From the NCBI RefSeq assembly GCF_001194135.2, contig NC_068990.1, forward strand, positions 67,980,494 to 68,044,493: DNA of 64,000 bases, written 5' to 3'. This document shows positions 37,812-51,239 of the stretch, piece by piece. Below the pieces are notes generated by a model. It searched no databases. It worked only from the letters and a program-made list of their open reading frames with translations, and was not told the DNA's origin. Each line of letters starts with the position of its first letter. The stretch's first letter is position 1. The position numbers and the translations under genes were made by a program. The DNA comes from Octopus bimaculoides (Eukaryota).

Positions 37812-38102
37812 NNNNNNNNNNNNNNNNNNNNNNNNNNNNNNNNNNNNNNNNNNNNNNNNNNNNNNNNNNNNNNNNNNNNNNNNNNNNNNNNNNNNNNNNN
37901 NNNNNNNNNNNNNNNNNNNNNNNNNNNNNNNNNNNNNNNNNNNNNNNNNNNNNNNNNNNNNNNNNNNNNNNNNNNNNNNNNNNNNNNNNNNNNNNNNNNN
38001 NNNNNNNNNNNNNNNNNNNNNNNNNNNNNNNNNNNNNNNNNNNNNNNNNNNNNNNNNNNNNNNNNNNNNNNNNNNNNNNNNNNNNNNNNNNNNNNNNNNN
38101 NN
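37812..38102. other. Assembly gap (one of 11)
   Basis: N runs: 724-752, 6274-6452, 7159-7349, 14917-15079, 16387-16486, 23816-23825, 24684-24769, 34967-34976, 37812-38102, 42780-43104, 63861-63870. Most are flanked by simple repeats. Confidence 1.
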
Positions 38103-38133
<31 letters not shown>

Positions 38134-41100
38134 GCACACACACATACACACACAGCAATGGAGTGAGATATTCATACATAATTACATAATAATATATGTT
38201 TTCGTGTAATATATAAAAAAATATAAAAACATGAAATTGAAGGAAAATATTTATAAATTTTTACCAGGAAATGCTGAAAACGATTTCAAATTATTGCCTT
38301 ACTGGATATCGTTAGACAATCTAATTATAGCTAATAAGCCAAAACTTTGAAGTCACAGACACTCCTTCCATTGTAAAAATTAATATAAATATGTAAATCA
38401 AATATGTTTATGCTTATATATATATGCTGAAAAATGTATAATATTATTGGCAGTGAGTTCAAAATTTCATCAGTTGTCAGCTTCATTAGATTGCAAATTG
38501 TACCATAAACTTATGATATAAGAAAAGTTTAGTTTTATACTTATATAAAACATTCTTTAACCATACACATATATATATGACAAAGGTGGTAGAGAAAAAT
38601 AACAAAGAAATGTACAAGAAAAATTGAATAAAAACACACAAGAGTTGGCAAACATGCACAACCCTTCATCAACTGTCAACCAAATATCACCTCAATTTCG
38701 ACATTATATCTATTTTCATTGTACACATCCTTTGATTCTTGTTTCATTTTCTACACATTTTCACCACGTTTTTTTATTTTTTATTTGTCTAACTTCATTA
38801 TATATTTTTTTTCGTTGTCTCTTCCTTAACTTATATATCTTCCTCATTTTACTTCTGTGCTTTTTATCTACCTCCTCTATTATCCCTCTCTCTTTCTCTC
38901 TCTCTCTCTCTGTATATGTAGATGAAAGAAGAATTAAGGTGTTCATTAATTTCTGCATGAAGGTAAGTTTTTAGAATAAAGATTATGCTTAGTCTCTGTG
39001 CTTCTGAATCAGGGATGAACCATGGTGCAAGATAAGTTACCACATATAAAGATGACTGAGGGAATGGGACAGGCAAATTAAAGTGTATAGCTACATGTTT
39101 ACAGAGAACTTGCATGCCATTCTAAACATTATGGCATTGCCACAAGAATATGGTCACCAAACCAATGTCCAGTTTCACCTACATATCAGGAATTGCATAG
39201 TTTAGATTTGATTCAGTGTATGAGGTTGATGAAAGTTCAACCAAATTGACCAATGATATGAAATTGAGCTTTTGAATCATTTATTAAAGTACCATTAGAG
39301 AGAGATGGAGGTACAACACTGCAGGGGTATTTAAATGTGCTGGGCAATGTATTATGTGAGGGGAAGGAGCTTCTATAAAGTCACACTAGATCTTGTTTAT
39401 TTACATATCATATCTTCCCCAGCCTTATTTAAGCTTTCTATTGATATACAATCATCATTTCATGTATCAGTTTTCATCAGGATAATCGTTATCATCCTAA
39501 TTATTATACATATAATCACAATAAAACAATCATATTTCACTGTAAAATGCTATGCAGATACAACAATTATGACAGAATAAGAAAATATTTTGTAATTATG
39601 ATGATAATTACCACAAGATATTTAAGCTCATGATGACATTGACATGTATAATGTTTGTGATAATGCTGATGAGAATAACTTTATCAATATAAAATCTTGA
39701 TTTGTGTGATGAGGATAGCTAACGTGATGGTGAGAAAAGTAAGGGGTAAGTTGTTTATGTTTAACTTCTTGTAAAGGGGAGGAAATAACAATCATTGTCG
39801 TAAATGATTTACAATATATAAATCTGCACCAGTTGCTCCATCTGATGTCTTTATTGGGTAATAATGGGGTGACAATAATGGTAATGATTAAGATAATAAA
39901 AATGAAAATTAAGAAAACAATATATTTCTGAATAATGCTTAATTATTGCTCATTATAGCAGCTAAATATGACTATTTTTAATCTTGACTGATAATATCAG
40001 TTGCCAATACAATGTTCCAAAAGATTTCCTCATTTTTCCCCAAAGATTTCTGCTACTTATTTTTTGCTATTAAAGACAGTGCTGATTTTAGTGCTGCTAA
40101 TTGTTTTGTTTATATTTTGTAATGCTGATAGCAAGAGTGCTCTTATTTGATATAATATCTTGGCAAAAACAATTTTATTTTCATAGCTTCTTGTAGCTAT
40201 TTCCTTGGGCTCTAATGTTTTTGTACGAAATGAAAACAACAAGCTGCTTATATAATTTATAAGAGCTTAACATAGCCCTCACTTACAAGTCAGTAAGATT
40301 TGTTAGTGTCTTTTTGTTAGTTATTTAGAGTGCCTATGTATTAGGTGTCATATATAGACATAGATACCAGTCATGTAGTGGGAATCAATGCAATTGACTA
40401 TTCCTCTCCTAATAATTGTTGTGCCTAGGCTAGAAGAAAATATTATAAACCTATCAAATTCTATTCCTGAAGTGAAAAAACCCCACAAAATGTTAAACCA
40501 ATCACCTTCATGGTTGTTCATACCATTATTATAATGGCAAAGAATATTCTGGCATCTCTTCCGTTGATTGTATACCCCTTGTGTCATTGTCTGTCAATAA
40601 TTGTTGTTGCAGTTGTTATCATTGTTGCTGCTTGACTCCTCTTTTTTTGACCATTAGTATAATTGATTTTGGGGGTTTTGATACTTGATTTTGATTGTTG
40701 TTTTTATTCTTTTACTGGTGACTGACATAGACATAGGGGATATATTATTATGGTGTAGCATTAGCGTGCATTCCCTTTCTGCTCCCTTCCTTAGGCCACT
40801 GAAATTCCTACATTACTTTTCATTCTTTTTGCTCATTCATCTCCTTCTTCATCAATTTTATCAATACATCCTTTCATAGAAATTTCACCATTACTCACAC
40901 CATTAACATCCCTCTCATACAATAATTATCATCACCACAAACAAATCACCTTCTACAATACTACCACCATCAACAGCACCACCACTGTTGTTATCACCAA
41001 CACCAGCATAGCAATATATCTTTCTCATTCAATTATTTGCATCACCACATATATATCCTTCCATACATTCATGCCTACCACTATTACCCCCACTGCATAC

Positions 41101-42284
41101 CTATCTACTCTACCATCACATCACAACCAGCCCACATACCTTTATACTGCACCATTCCCATCACCATCTTCTTATAAAGTTTTGTCATTATCACCATCAT
41201 CTAACTCATTATTCCCATCAATATTATAATTCAATAAGGTAATATACATATCTGACAAGATCATATCGTGTTTACAATAATAACTAATGAGAAGAAAAAA
41301 ATAAAATAAAACATCAATAATAATATTCAATCTAATTAACTAGCTTAAATTTTCCAACAGAAAACTCTACTATTGTTGTTTATAGCTGTTTAGGTTTGAA
41401 ATTTATATTTTCAATACATTTTTTTCAGTTTATTTCAGTCAGCACACCAACAGATTATCATATTCTCTTTAGAATGGTAAATGTGATGAAAAGGCTCTAA
41501 ATCCTTACTTTTCTTGGAATTGCTATATTTGCTGGCATATAAGACACACACTCACATAAAACATAGACCTATTTTACAAGTATAAAGATATTTCAAAATA
41601 GTTTTGTGGAAGAAAGATGTATTATTCTGTACATGTAAATACAACATTGAGAGAGTATACTGGAATAGAGTATGAAACGATAGATTTATCATAAACTACA
41701 TTATAGGTGTCCCATGATATAGTTTATTTACGACAACCAACTTTATGTCCTTCACTTCAACAATATAGTCGCTTATAATTTTGGTCAAGAGATTTGTCAT
41801 ACAGGATGTAAAACGAGTCACCATGATCAACCAACAGGGAGGTCCTTCACCTCTGTGCCTTTCGTGCAATCCACTCATTGCAAATAAATGACATCCAGAT
41901 AAAAGTTTAATATTCTTTTCTCTTCCCCTGGAGAATTTTTCATTTAGATAATAAACAGATGTTTCTTAAAAGATAACACAATCAATGAGAAATATGAGAT
42001 ATATATTAGATATAGATTATGTTAGTTGGGAAAGGAGGTATAATGAGATGACGTAACCTTCCCACATAATCTCATCATATTGTAAGTAAATTTTCATAAG
42101 TTTGTACAGTCTGGAATGATTTGGCTTGTTTACAATATATTTCTGGTAACAATTTCTGGGGACTTATGCTCATCTGACTATTTAGTCTATGCTGCTTGGT
42201 CTTCCACCCAATATGCTGCTGCATTAGACACAGGGCAATGTGTCTAATTTAATTCAATTTTGATGCATCTGAAAATAAATCAAC

Positions 42285-42690
42285 ATAGGCACAGGAGTGG
42301 CTGTGTGATAAGAAGCTTGCTTCCCAACCACATAGTTCCATGCTCGGTCCCACTGCATGGCACCTTGGGCGAGTGTTTTCTTCTATAGCCTCGGACTGAC
42401 CAAAGCCTTGTGAGTGAATTTGGTAGATGGAAACTGGAAGAAGTCTGTCGCATATATATATGTGTGTATGTATTTGTGTGTCTGTGCTTGTCCGCCCCAC
42501 CATCGCTTGACAACCAATGTTAGTGTGTTTATGACCCTTGTAACTTAGTGGTTCAGCAAAAGAGACTGATAGTATAAGTACTAGGCTAACAAAGAATAAG
42601 TCCTGGGGTCGATTTGTTTGACTAAAGGTGGTGCTCCAGCATGGCCTCAGTCAAATGACTGAAACAAGTAAAAGAATAAACGAATAAAAG
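42285..42690 (+). mobile_element. SINE family A, near full length
   Basis: aggagtggctgtgtg head, caccttgggcgagtg CORE-like motif, internal TA/TG tract, 3' gaaacaagtaaaagaataaa. Confidence 0.85.
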
Positions 42691-42727
42691 AATGTTTTAA
42701 ATGCCAGTAAATATAATTCCTGATATA

Positions 42728-42779
<52 letters not shown>

Positions 42780-43195
42780 NNNNNNNNNNNNNNNNNNNNN
42801 NNNNNNNNNNNNNNNNNNNNNNNNNNNNNNNNNNNNNNNNNNNNNNNNNNNNNNNNNNNNNNNNNNNNNNNNNNNNNNNNNNNNNNNNNNNNNNNNNNNN
42901 NNNNNNNNNNNNNNNNNNNNNNNNNNNNNNNNNNNNNNNNNNNNNNNNNNNNNNNNNNNNNNNNNNNNNNNNNNNNNNNNNNNNNNNNNNNNNNNNNNNN
43001 NNNNNNNNNNNNNNNNNNNNNNNNNNNNNNNNNNNNNNNNNNNNNNNNNNNNNNNNNNNNNNNNNNNNNNNNNNNNNNNNNNNNNNNNNNNNNNNNNNNN
43101 NNNNAGATAGACATACAGGTGAAATGTTGTTCAGTTCAATAAAAAAAGGTAAATCTATATTTCATGATATAGTGTAACACACTCTTCTTTTTGAC

Positions 43196-43281
<86 letters not shown>

Positions 43282-44014
43282 TTATTATTTTGAAGCTCAA
43301 TAAGTTATGTACTAAGTATACACTGGAGTATATTCAATCAACTATGCACCTTAACTAGCAAATTTTGGCACTGCGCTGAACAAATAATATCACAGCGCTA
43401 ATGTTTATTGTGACAGGAACATTAAGAGAAGTGGTAAGTGTTTGAAGGAAACCAAATTTTAAGAACTGATTTCAGTTCCAATTTTGAAGTATTTCACAAC
43501 ATTAAAGTTCCTCGGAAAATTATGAATGACACAAATTTTGATTTATCATTTCATATATAATATTTAAGTCTGATAGGAATAAAAAGACATTATGATTACA
43601 GATATTAGGCTATTATTTTACATTCAAATGTATCCTAAATTAATATCCTTGTGACTTCTGTTACATTTGTAATCACTGGTGTAGTGGTGAGAGAGACTAA
43701 TTCTGGTTGCATACAATATAGTTCTGCAGTTTACAGGAGTAAGTGTGGTTGTATGGTTAAAAAGTTCATTTCACAACCATGTGGTTTCATGTTCAGTCCT
43801 TATGTGCAGCATAAGGCAAGTGTCTTATCACCTTGGGTGGCCTAATGCCTTGTGAGTAGAATTAGTTGGTGGAAACTGTGCAGAATCTCACTATATATAT
43901 ACAAGAGAGGCCATAAGCCAATAGGTTTGGGATTTGAGCTAAGCATTTTATGGATGTGAAACCCAGGTTAATCCCATAAACTGGCCTTATATAATTTTAT
44001 CCATTTATCTATAT

Positions 44015-44560
44015 TCTTTTATTCTTTTACTTGTTTCAGTCATTTAACTGCGGCCATTCTGGAGCACCGCCTTTCGTTGAACAAATAGACCCCAAGGCTT
44101 ATTCTTTGTAAGCCTAGTACTTATTCTATTGGTCTCTTTTACCGAACTGCTAAGTAACAGGAACATAAACACACCAACATCAGTTGTCAAGCGATGGTGG
44201 GGGGGACAAACACAGACACACACACAAATATATACATATATATATATATATAATGCGAGAGAGTTAGGGGTTGAGGATTCAACCCACTAAGGGATAGTAT
44301 CTATCCAATATACTGCTGGGAGGGTACCCAATTATTGTTACACTAGTGTTATACCAAGTGCAATATATATATATACACACACACACATATATATACAACA
44401 GGCTTCTTTCAGTTTCCGTCTACCAAATCCACTTGCAATGCTTTGGTCGGCCTGAGGCTATAGTAGAAGACACTTGCCCAAGATATCAGGCAGTGGAACT
44501 GAACCCAGAACCATGTGGCTGGGAAGCAAGCTTCTTACTATACAACCACTCCTGCACCTA
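44015..44560 (-). mobile_element. SINE family A, full length with an internal insertion
   Basis: Reverse complement of the same consensus; unrelated sequence at ~44255-44350 interrupts the internal microsatellite. Confidence 0.8.
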
Positions 44561-45649
44561 TATGGATATATATATATATATATAACGAACCCGAAAAGGT
44601 ATAATCAGTATTTATGCCTTATATAAGGTATATGTGTTTCAGAAAACCAGTCATCATAAACTATGTGAGCCTTGTTACAAAACAAATGCAGCCTGATCAC
44701 TTCATTGACATTATTATCAAAAATACAATGTCTAGAATGATGCTGCGTCTAATATACACTAATATGAAAATAGGTACAGTTGGGATTATCATGGTAGAAT
44801 AGAATGAAGAGAGAAGGTGAGAGGGTAAGAGAGTGTGATAGGGTGTGTGTGTGTATGCACATGTATACACACATAAACACACACACACACAGATATGTCT
44901 GGGTGTGTGTTTTCATGTGTATGTCTGTGATTATGTCTGACTGACAACTGGTGTTGGTTTGTCTTATGTCTCTGTAACTTAGGGGTCCAGCAACAAAGGA
45001 CCAAAAGAAAAAGTAGCAGTTTTAAATAGTGAGGTTGATTCAATGAAGTGTATCTATCAAGTTAGTGCCTCAGTGTGGCTGCAGTACAATGGCAGCGACC
45101 AGAATATGAATACAGGTGTAAAAGAATAAAAGAGTATCTAAGATCTTGGAAAAGATATACTTTGCAATAATGGCAATAAAGTGGAAAAACGATACAGTTG
45201 GCTCAATGCCATTGACTATAATTCTTTAACTGAGTTGGTTCAAAGGAAATTGTCATTATCACCATTAAACATTAAAGTAGTATTGTATGGAATGCCTCAT
45301 GGTATTTTGTCCAGTTCTCTGTGATTTAAAATCCTCATAGAACAAACACCTTTCACAATCTTATTAACTTACCAACCTTAACTCACCCTATCCAATCCTT
45401 GGTTCCATTTACTGCTCCTTGTAACTTGAGTGTAGCCCCTGTTACATCTTCCCCATCTCCTCTTTCTCTCGCCTCCCTCTCCTGTAGTAGTAGTAGCCAT
45501 AAATCACCTTTTAACTGTTACCCCACCTATTTCTGCCCTTCTTTTCATAATCTAACCTCTCATCACCTGGCAGAAAATTACCCACTAAATTCAATACTAA
45601 ACCCCACTCAGTTCAGGTGTCTTGTCGTGTAGGTTATTTAAAGACCTTA

Positions 45650-45834
45650 TAGCTGCCGGTACCAAATAAAAAGCACCCAGCAAACTCTGTAATGTAGTTC
45701 CTATAAGGAAAGGGTATCCAGCAGCCGAAACCATGCCAAATCAGACAGTGAAGCTTGGTGCAGTTTTCTGAGTTGTTAGTTCATATCGTGTCAAACAGTC
45801 CAACCCATCCAAGCATGAAAAATGGACATTAAAT
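45650..45834 (+). mobile_element. RTE-type tail lacking its (GAT)n end
   Basis: aaaaagcacccagc...ggaaagggtatccagc...ccaacccatccaagcatgaaaaatggacattaaatg. Confidence 0.7.
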
Positions 45835-46165
45835 GTCTGTCCTTGGCTGGCCTCAAATCTCACCTGCGAACCCATGGAAAACAAACCTCACCCAGCTATT
45901 CTGATTATATGTCTGTGCACACGTTTGAATGTGGTGTGTGCCAGAGGGTTTGCAAATCCAATGGGGGTCTTAAAAGACATGTTAGGATCCACAATGAGCA
46001 GAACTTACTTGCAGGTATTGGTAGTGCAAATCAGAGGTGCAATCTGTGTGGGTGATTTTTCAAAACACTGTCTGGTTTAAAAAGCCACATCAGACGCCAT
46101 GAAAGGGCTAAGGTGTAGGTGCAGGAGGTGGTCAAACTCTGTTTAAGGAGTAGACAACCACCATA
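45835..46165 (+). pseudogene. 5'-truncated LINE (probably RTE clade) ORF2 C-terminus with three C2H2 zinc fingers
   Basis: CLSLAGLKSHLRTH...CGVCQRVCKSNGGLKRHVRIH...CNLCG*FFKTLSGLKSHIRRHERAKV*. In-frame TGA at 46053-46055; short 3' UTR ends in (TA)n. Confidence 0.65.
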
Positions 46166-46312
46166 TATATATATATATATATAAAAACACAAGGGGAGAG
46201 AGGGAGAGAGAGAGATAGAGAGAGAAAACTGTGCAAATATATGTTCATACATCTGTATATACATAAATATCACTAAGTATGTGTTTATACATAGCTTTCT
46301 TACACTAATACC

Positions 46313-46345
<33 letters not shown>

Positions 46346-48854
46346 GCATGCATACATACATACATACATATATATATATATATAGTGGGAGACTTACAGA
46401 GAACTATGTAAATAAACACGTTTTGGTATGTATGCACACACACATTGTCAGTGATGACATTTTAAAATATCACAATTCTATAGTTTTTAAGTTTGTCTAT
46501 ATATATATATGTGTGTGTGTGTATGTATATACACCATATATATATACACAAACACATATATATATATGTGTGTGTGCATATATACATACATGTTTTTATA
46601 TTTCTATCTTGACATTTTGATTCAATTGTATTTATAATAGCATCATTTCTAGTGTCTTCTACACTTCTTTAAACTAGTGTCTAAGTTAAACAGCTTACAA
46701 GCTTCACTTTCCGATTTTCACCAAGCCTAGCACCAACTCGATATAAATTGATGTTGATTGTTGCTAGAGTTTTACCTTTTTCTACTACAACAATTTCTAT
46801 TATTACTACCACTACTTCTACAATTACTATTATTATTTGTATTTATCATTATTACTCTTGTTATTATTATTATTACTATTATTATTATTATTATTATAAT
46901 TATTGTTATTATTATCATCATTATTATTATTAAAGTGGCTAACTGACAGGATCATTACCTCATTCTTAGCAGCTGTCTTTACACTCTGAGTCAACTTTGC
47001 TTTTCAATCTTTTAGGGTCAATAATATATGTACCAGGCAAGGACCAGGGTCGATGTAATCAACTTAACTTTCCCCTAAAAATTGTTGGCCTTGTACCAAA
47101 ATATAGATCCATTATTTTATAAAAGAAATCAGCAGCAGCAGCAATGGTAGTAGTAGTAGTAGTAGTAATAGTAGTAGTAGTAGTAGTAGTATAATCATTG
47201 TTTTGGTTTGTTTTGCAGCAGTAGATTCTTAGGATATCATGAAATTATGTTCCTCACACTGTTTTGTTTTACAATTAGTGCCAATTCTTTAACAGCCATA
47301 AAGTCCTTGAAAAGAGAATAAATTACTTGAGTATGTCTACAAGAAATTATTATTTGGTATGACATTACTATAATTATTTGATATTTCACTCATAAAGAAG
47401 TCTCTGGTGTGATGGTATCTCAACCACAGGTGTCTTCATTGGAACATTATCTTTGTTGGGGCAGGTGCCAGCCAAGACATAAAGACACCTCTTCCCATTG
47501 TGGTAGACCTAACCCCAAAAGGGCAATCTGTCATTTTTAGTCTCAAAGTACATTATCCATATCACTACTACCATGCACCAGAGTTGGAGTCATCAACAAC
47601 AATGCTAATAAAAATGTACTACTTGAATGGCCATTGACTACTCTGGGTTCATCTGCCCTTAGCAGCTTTGTGTTTTTGTTTTTTTTGTCCTACAGGGTGT
47701 TCAATTAGAGAAAAAAATCTCCCACATCATAGGGCATGCTTTGTGGTGCTGCTAGTTTTGTTGCCAATGGCCTAATTTTGGCCTGTTTTTGTCCTGATAT
47801 TTTTAATCAAACCATTGAAATTTCTCACTGCCTATCAAGGTGGTGAGAGAGGTGAGTATAACATGCTGGGAGCAATGAGATATGGGTAAAAGTTATTGCT
47901 ATTTAATGTAGTTAGTGGCAGAACTGCTAGCTCATCAGACAAAATCCTTAGTAGCATTTCTTGCAGCTCTTTTCCTGGTTCTTTTACAAAGCCATTAGCA
48001 CTATTGAAGTTGCCATGTAGTTTGAAAGACTATGCCCCCTGAGAGAGGTAGCTTCATTCCACAAGATGAGAATTTAAAATATGAGAAATGGGGGCCACAA
48101 GAGAATAGGTGTCTTGCTGTAGAGAGTCTGCATGGCTACTCAAATTTTAGAAGAGATGGTGGAGATTGATTGAAGGTAGAAAGAAGAGATTAAAAAATAG
48201 TGGTGATGGGTGTTTGTGTGTACCCTCAAGGTATAAGGTGAGTAGAAATGAGGTGGCGGGGGGGGGGGGGGGGGTAAAGAATTGGAAGTGTTGGTGGGTA
48301 AAATAAAGGTTTATAAACAAAAGTACAGGCTGATATTGCATATTGTGCATACTTAGACAACAATGTCAGAATATTTATTTTGCCTCAAAAACAGGTTCCA
48401 TTTAAATATTCAAGTAAAACTATAGAGTGACCACCATATACAGAAACAAAGTTAACTGGCTATTTGCATTTTTGATTAATTTTGCTAATATAACCCCAAA
48501 AAGAAAAAAAGGAAATACAAAAAGAAACAAGACAAAAGACAAAAAGAGGTGGTAAAGAATGATCAAAGGAAAGGCAAGATACCAGAATTTCATATCAGTT
48601 TGTCAAGGGTATGGCAGAAGTACTTTGTTTGATAAAACAGTAAAAGACACAGAAAGGATGTTAAGACTATCAAAGAGATCAATGATATGCTAATCAAGAA
48701 GAACCCAAGTTAATAAACATATTTGGCAATATTACAATTCCTTCTGTTGGCTCCAAAGACAAGCACGAAAATAAAAACCCCATTCTAGATACTTTATGGG
48801 TAGAATGAAAATCCTGTCAGTGATGAAAAAATTATTAACAACCAGTGTAGTGTA

Positions 48855-49140
48855 TTGTGATAGTATGTTAGCCCAGTGATTAGGGTACAGCACTTCTGAT
48901 TGTAAGATTAAGGTTTTAATTCCCAGGTCAGTGATGCTTTGTGTTCTTGAGCAAAACACTTCATTTTCATGTTGCTCTAGTCAGCTCAGCTGTACATGAG
49001 TTCCAGCAATAGTTGGAAGTTAACCCTGTGATGGACCGGCATCCCATTCAGTTGAGGGTGGGAGCTGTAATCTCAATCACTTATACACCATGGAAACCTG
49101 ATTAAGCTCCAGTCTTATAAGTCCTTGGGTTCATGACAAA
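48855..49140 (+). mobile_element. SINE family B (Meta-like), best copy
   Basis: tRNA-like head; tgtgttcttgagcaaaacacttc; aaccctgtgatggaccggcatcccattcag...tcacttatacaccatggaaacctgattaagctcc resembles the Meta domain as I recall it. Confidence 0.7.
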
Positions 49141-49659
49141 CCAAATTCTAAATATTAAGTTTTAGAGAAAATTCAGCTGTCTTTATATCTTTTCTTCAAA
49201 ATCTAGGATTTTATGTAGTTTATTCATTCATTTTACATTGTTTTTTCCCAGGTTAACATAAGTTAGACAAATACATCATTGTAGCATAGTTTGTTGCTAA
49301 TCCTTTCCTGTTGCTAGTCATTACCTAATACTCCTGAAAGGGATATCATACTTCAAAAGCACAAAGTCGGCAGACAATTATCAGAAGAAAAGACAACAGC
49401 CACACTGCTTGAATCTTGCCATTTTCAGAGAAGCACACGTGTAAACACATATAAATATGCACAGGCTTAGGTGTGTAGTTTAGAAACATGCTTCCCAACC
49501 AATGTGATATAGGGTTCAGTCTCACTGCACAGCACCATGTCTTTTACTATAGCACTGGGACCACCAAAGCCTTGTGAGTGGATTCAGTCGACAGAAACTG
49601 AAAAGAAACTTGTCGACCCCTCTGTCCAGCATTTGCCATGATAGATTGCTAGCCACTAT

Positions 49660-49825
49660 ACATTCTTTATTTTCTCTCCTTGTTTCTTTCTGTGTTCCTT
49701 TCTGTGGAAGAGCATAGGCTCGAAACATTAAAGACTTTTTCACTTCCCGAATGTTAAACTAATATATCTATTAGTTGTCTACACCACCTGTCTTCGTCTT
49801 GTTTTTTATGTGAATTCTCCCTATA
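49660..49825 (+). mobile_element. Penelope-type short repeat carrying a minimal hammerhead-like motif
   Basis: CTTT CTGTGGA A GAGC atag GCTC GAAA CA TT AAAG at 49698-49733; homologous to 52765-52960. Confidence 0.55.
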
Positions 49826-50952
49826 TGTATGTACATATCTGTGTTTGTGTTTACCGTTGTTCTAGACATCATATATTGGGTTGCAAATGAGAATCACCAT
49901 CATATAAACGAGGTTGCTTGTTTCCAATCTTCTGTGTGAAACATGTCTACTATGGGTAAAAAATATTACCTGGCTGGGAAATCAGTGGGAGTTGGTGGTT
50001 GGAAGGGTACCTGGCCATGAAAAAAAACCTGCAATAACAAATTCCTTCTCACCCATATAATCTTATAAAAGTAGATGTTAAATGATGATGGTGAAGAGGA
50101 GGATTTACAAATATATCTATAATGTGCTTCTTTCAGTTTTTGTCTACATAATCCAATCACAAGTCTTTGGTTAAAAGTCAAATTTCTATCTAGTTAAAGG
50201 TTAACATTTTACCTTGTTAAAACAAAACAATATTACTAAAGTCGCTCAGAATGAATTTAAAAATTAATTTAGATTTTGGTAATTTGGAAATAGGTTTCAA
50301 AATGAGAGACTATTTGTTTGGAAGGTATAAAGAATTACTTTGTTTATTTTTTTTATGGAAAAGAATTAATAAATTTATCAAATTCTTTCCTTGTTTATTT
50401 ATTTATAATTCATTTATGGAACATGACTGCAGATTATGTGATTATGTGAGCTCAGACTTCTTCATGGAGATAAAACAAAACCAAAAGCACAAAGTAACAT
50501 AGAAGTGATGTTACTGAATGAATTTCAAAGTGAGAACATAAGTACAGCAAATAAGAGAGAGAGAGAGAGTGGGGAGAGAGGTGAGAGAGAGTGGGGAGAG
50601 AGGTGAGAGAGAGAGAGTGGGGAGAGAGGTGAGAGAGAGAGAGTGCAAGAGGGAGAAGGTGAGAAAGAGAGAGCTAGCAAGAGGTGGGGCTTGTTATAAC
50701 AATGACTAAATGTATACTGCAATTCATTGACTCACTGATATGACAGTGTTTCATATTAAGATGGTTAAAATAACACGGTAATTCATACATGCAAACATTC
50801 ATTGTAATCAAAGTGAATAACAGAACAAACCAAATCAGTTTAAGGATAATAATATGTGATAATAATTAATAAAAACGGTATGTGACTTTTACAGTTATTT
50901 TGAAGACAAAAGTAAGTAGTTATTTATAACACCACCCCAACATATAAACATA

Positions 50953-51163
50953 TACAAGTGGGTGCTGAAAAGTTCTTGGCTCTAAGGGTATCAAGAAAGG
51001 CCTGGTTAGAGGCCCAACCTTCTGAGTTCTTTAACTGGACTTACAAAAACTGAAGAACTGCCACAATAATTGTGTGAATCTGAGAGGGGAATATGTTGAA
51101 TAAAATCATAATTAACTGATCCTCCTGTATTTTCCTTTACCCAAAGCAAAACACCCCCTCATA
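50953..51163 (+). mobile_element. Mariner-derived MITE
   Basis: TA-flanked ends caagtgggtgctgaaaagttcttggct and aagc..caccccctca (right TIR partly deleted). Internal NNCVNLRGEYVE* matches the mariner transposase C-terminus KCVxxxGxYVE. Confidence 0.7.
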
Positions 51164-51239
51164 CATTAGTGTGCTTTCTTATATCTCAAACTATTTTCAT
51201 TTTTAATTATTTCTTTTTCTTTTACCTTTTCCTGTTTTA

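Noticed and set aside
38460-38710. tcatcagttgtcag / cttcatcaactgtc (CTGATGA-like on the minus strand; also at 25186) as hammerheads
   Set aside because: No downstream stem II-GAAA-stem III could be built. Other CTGATGA hits (8989, 14390, 53325) also lack the fold.
48540-48720. QKGC...DQ as an R4 RT remnant
   Set aside because: Only a four-residue match amid stops.
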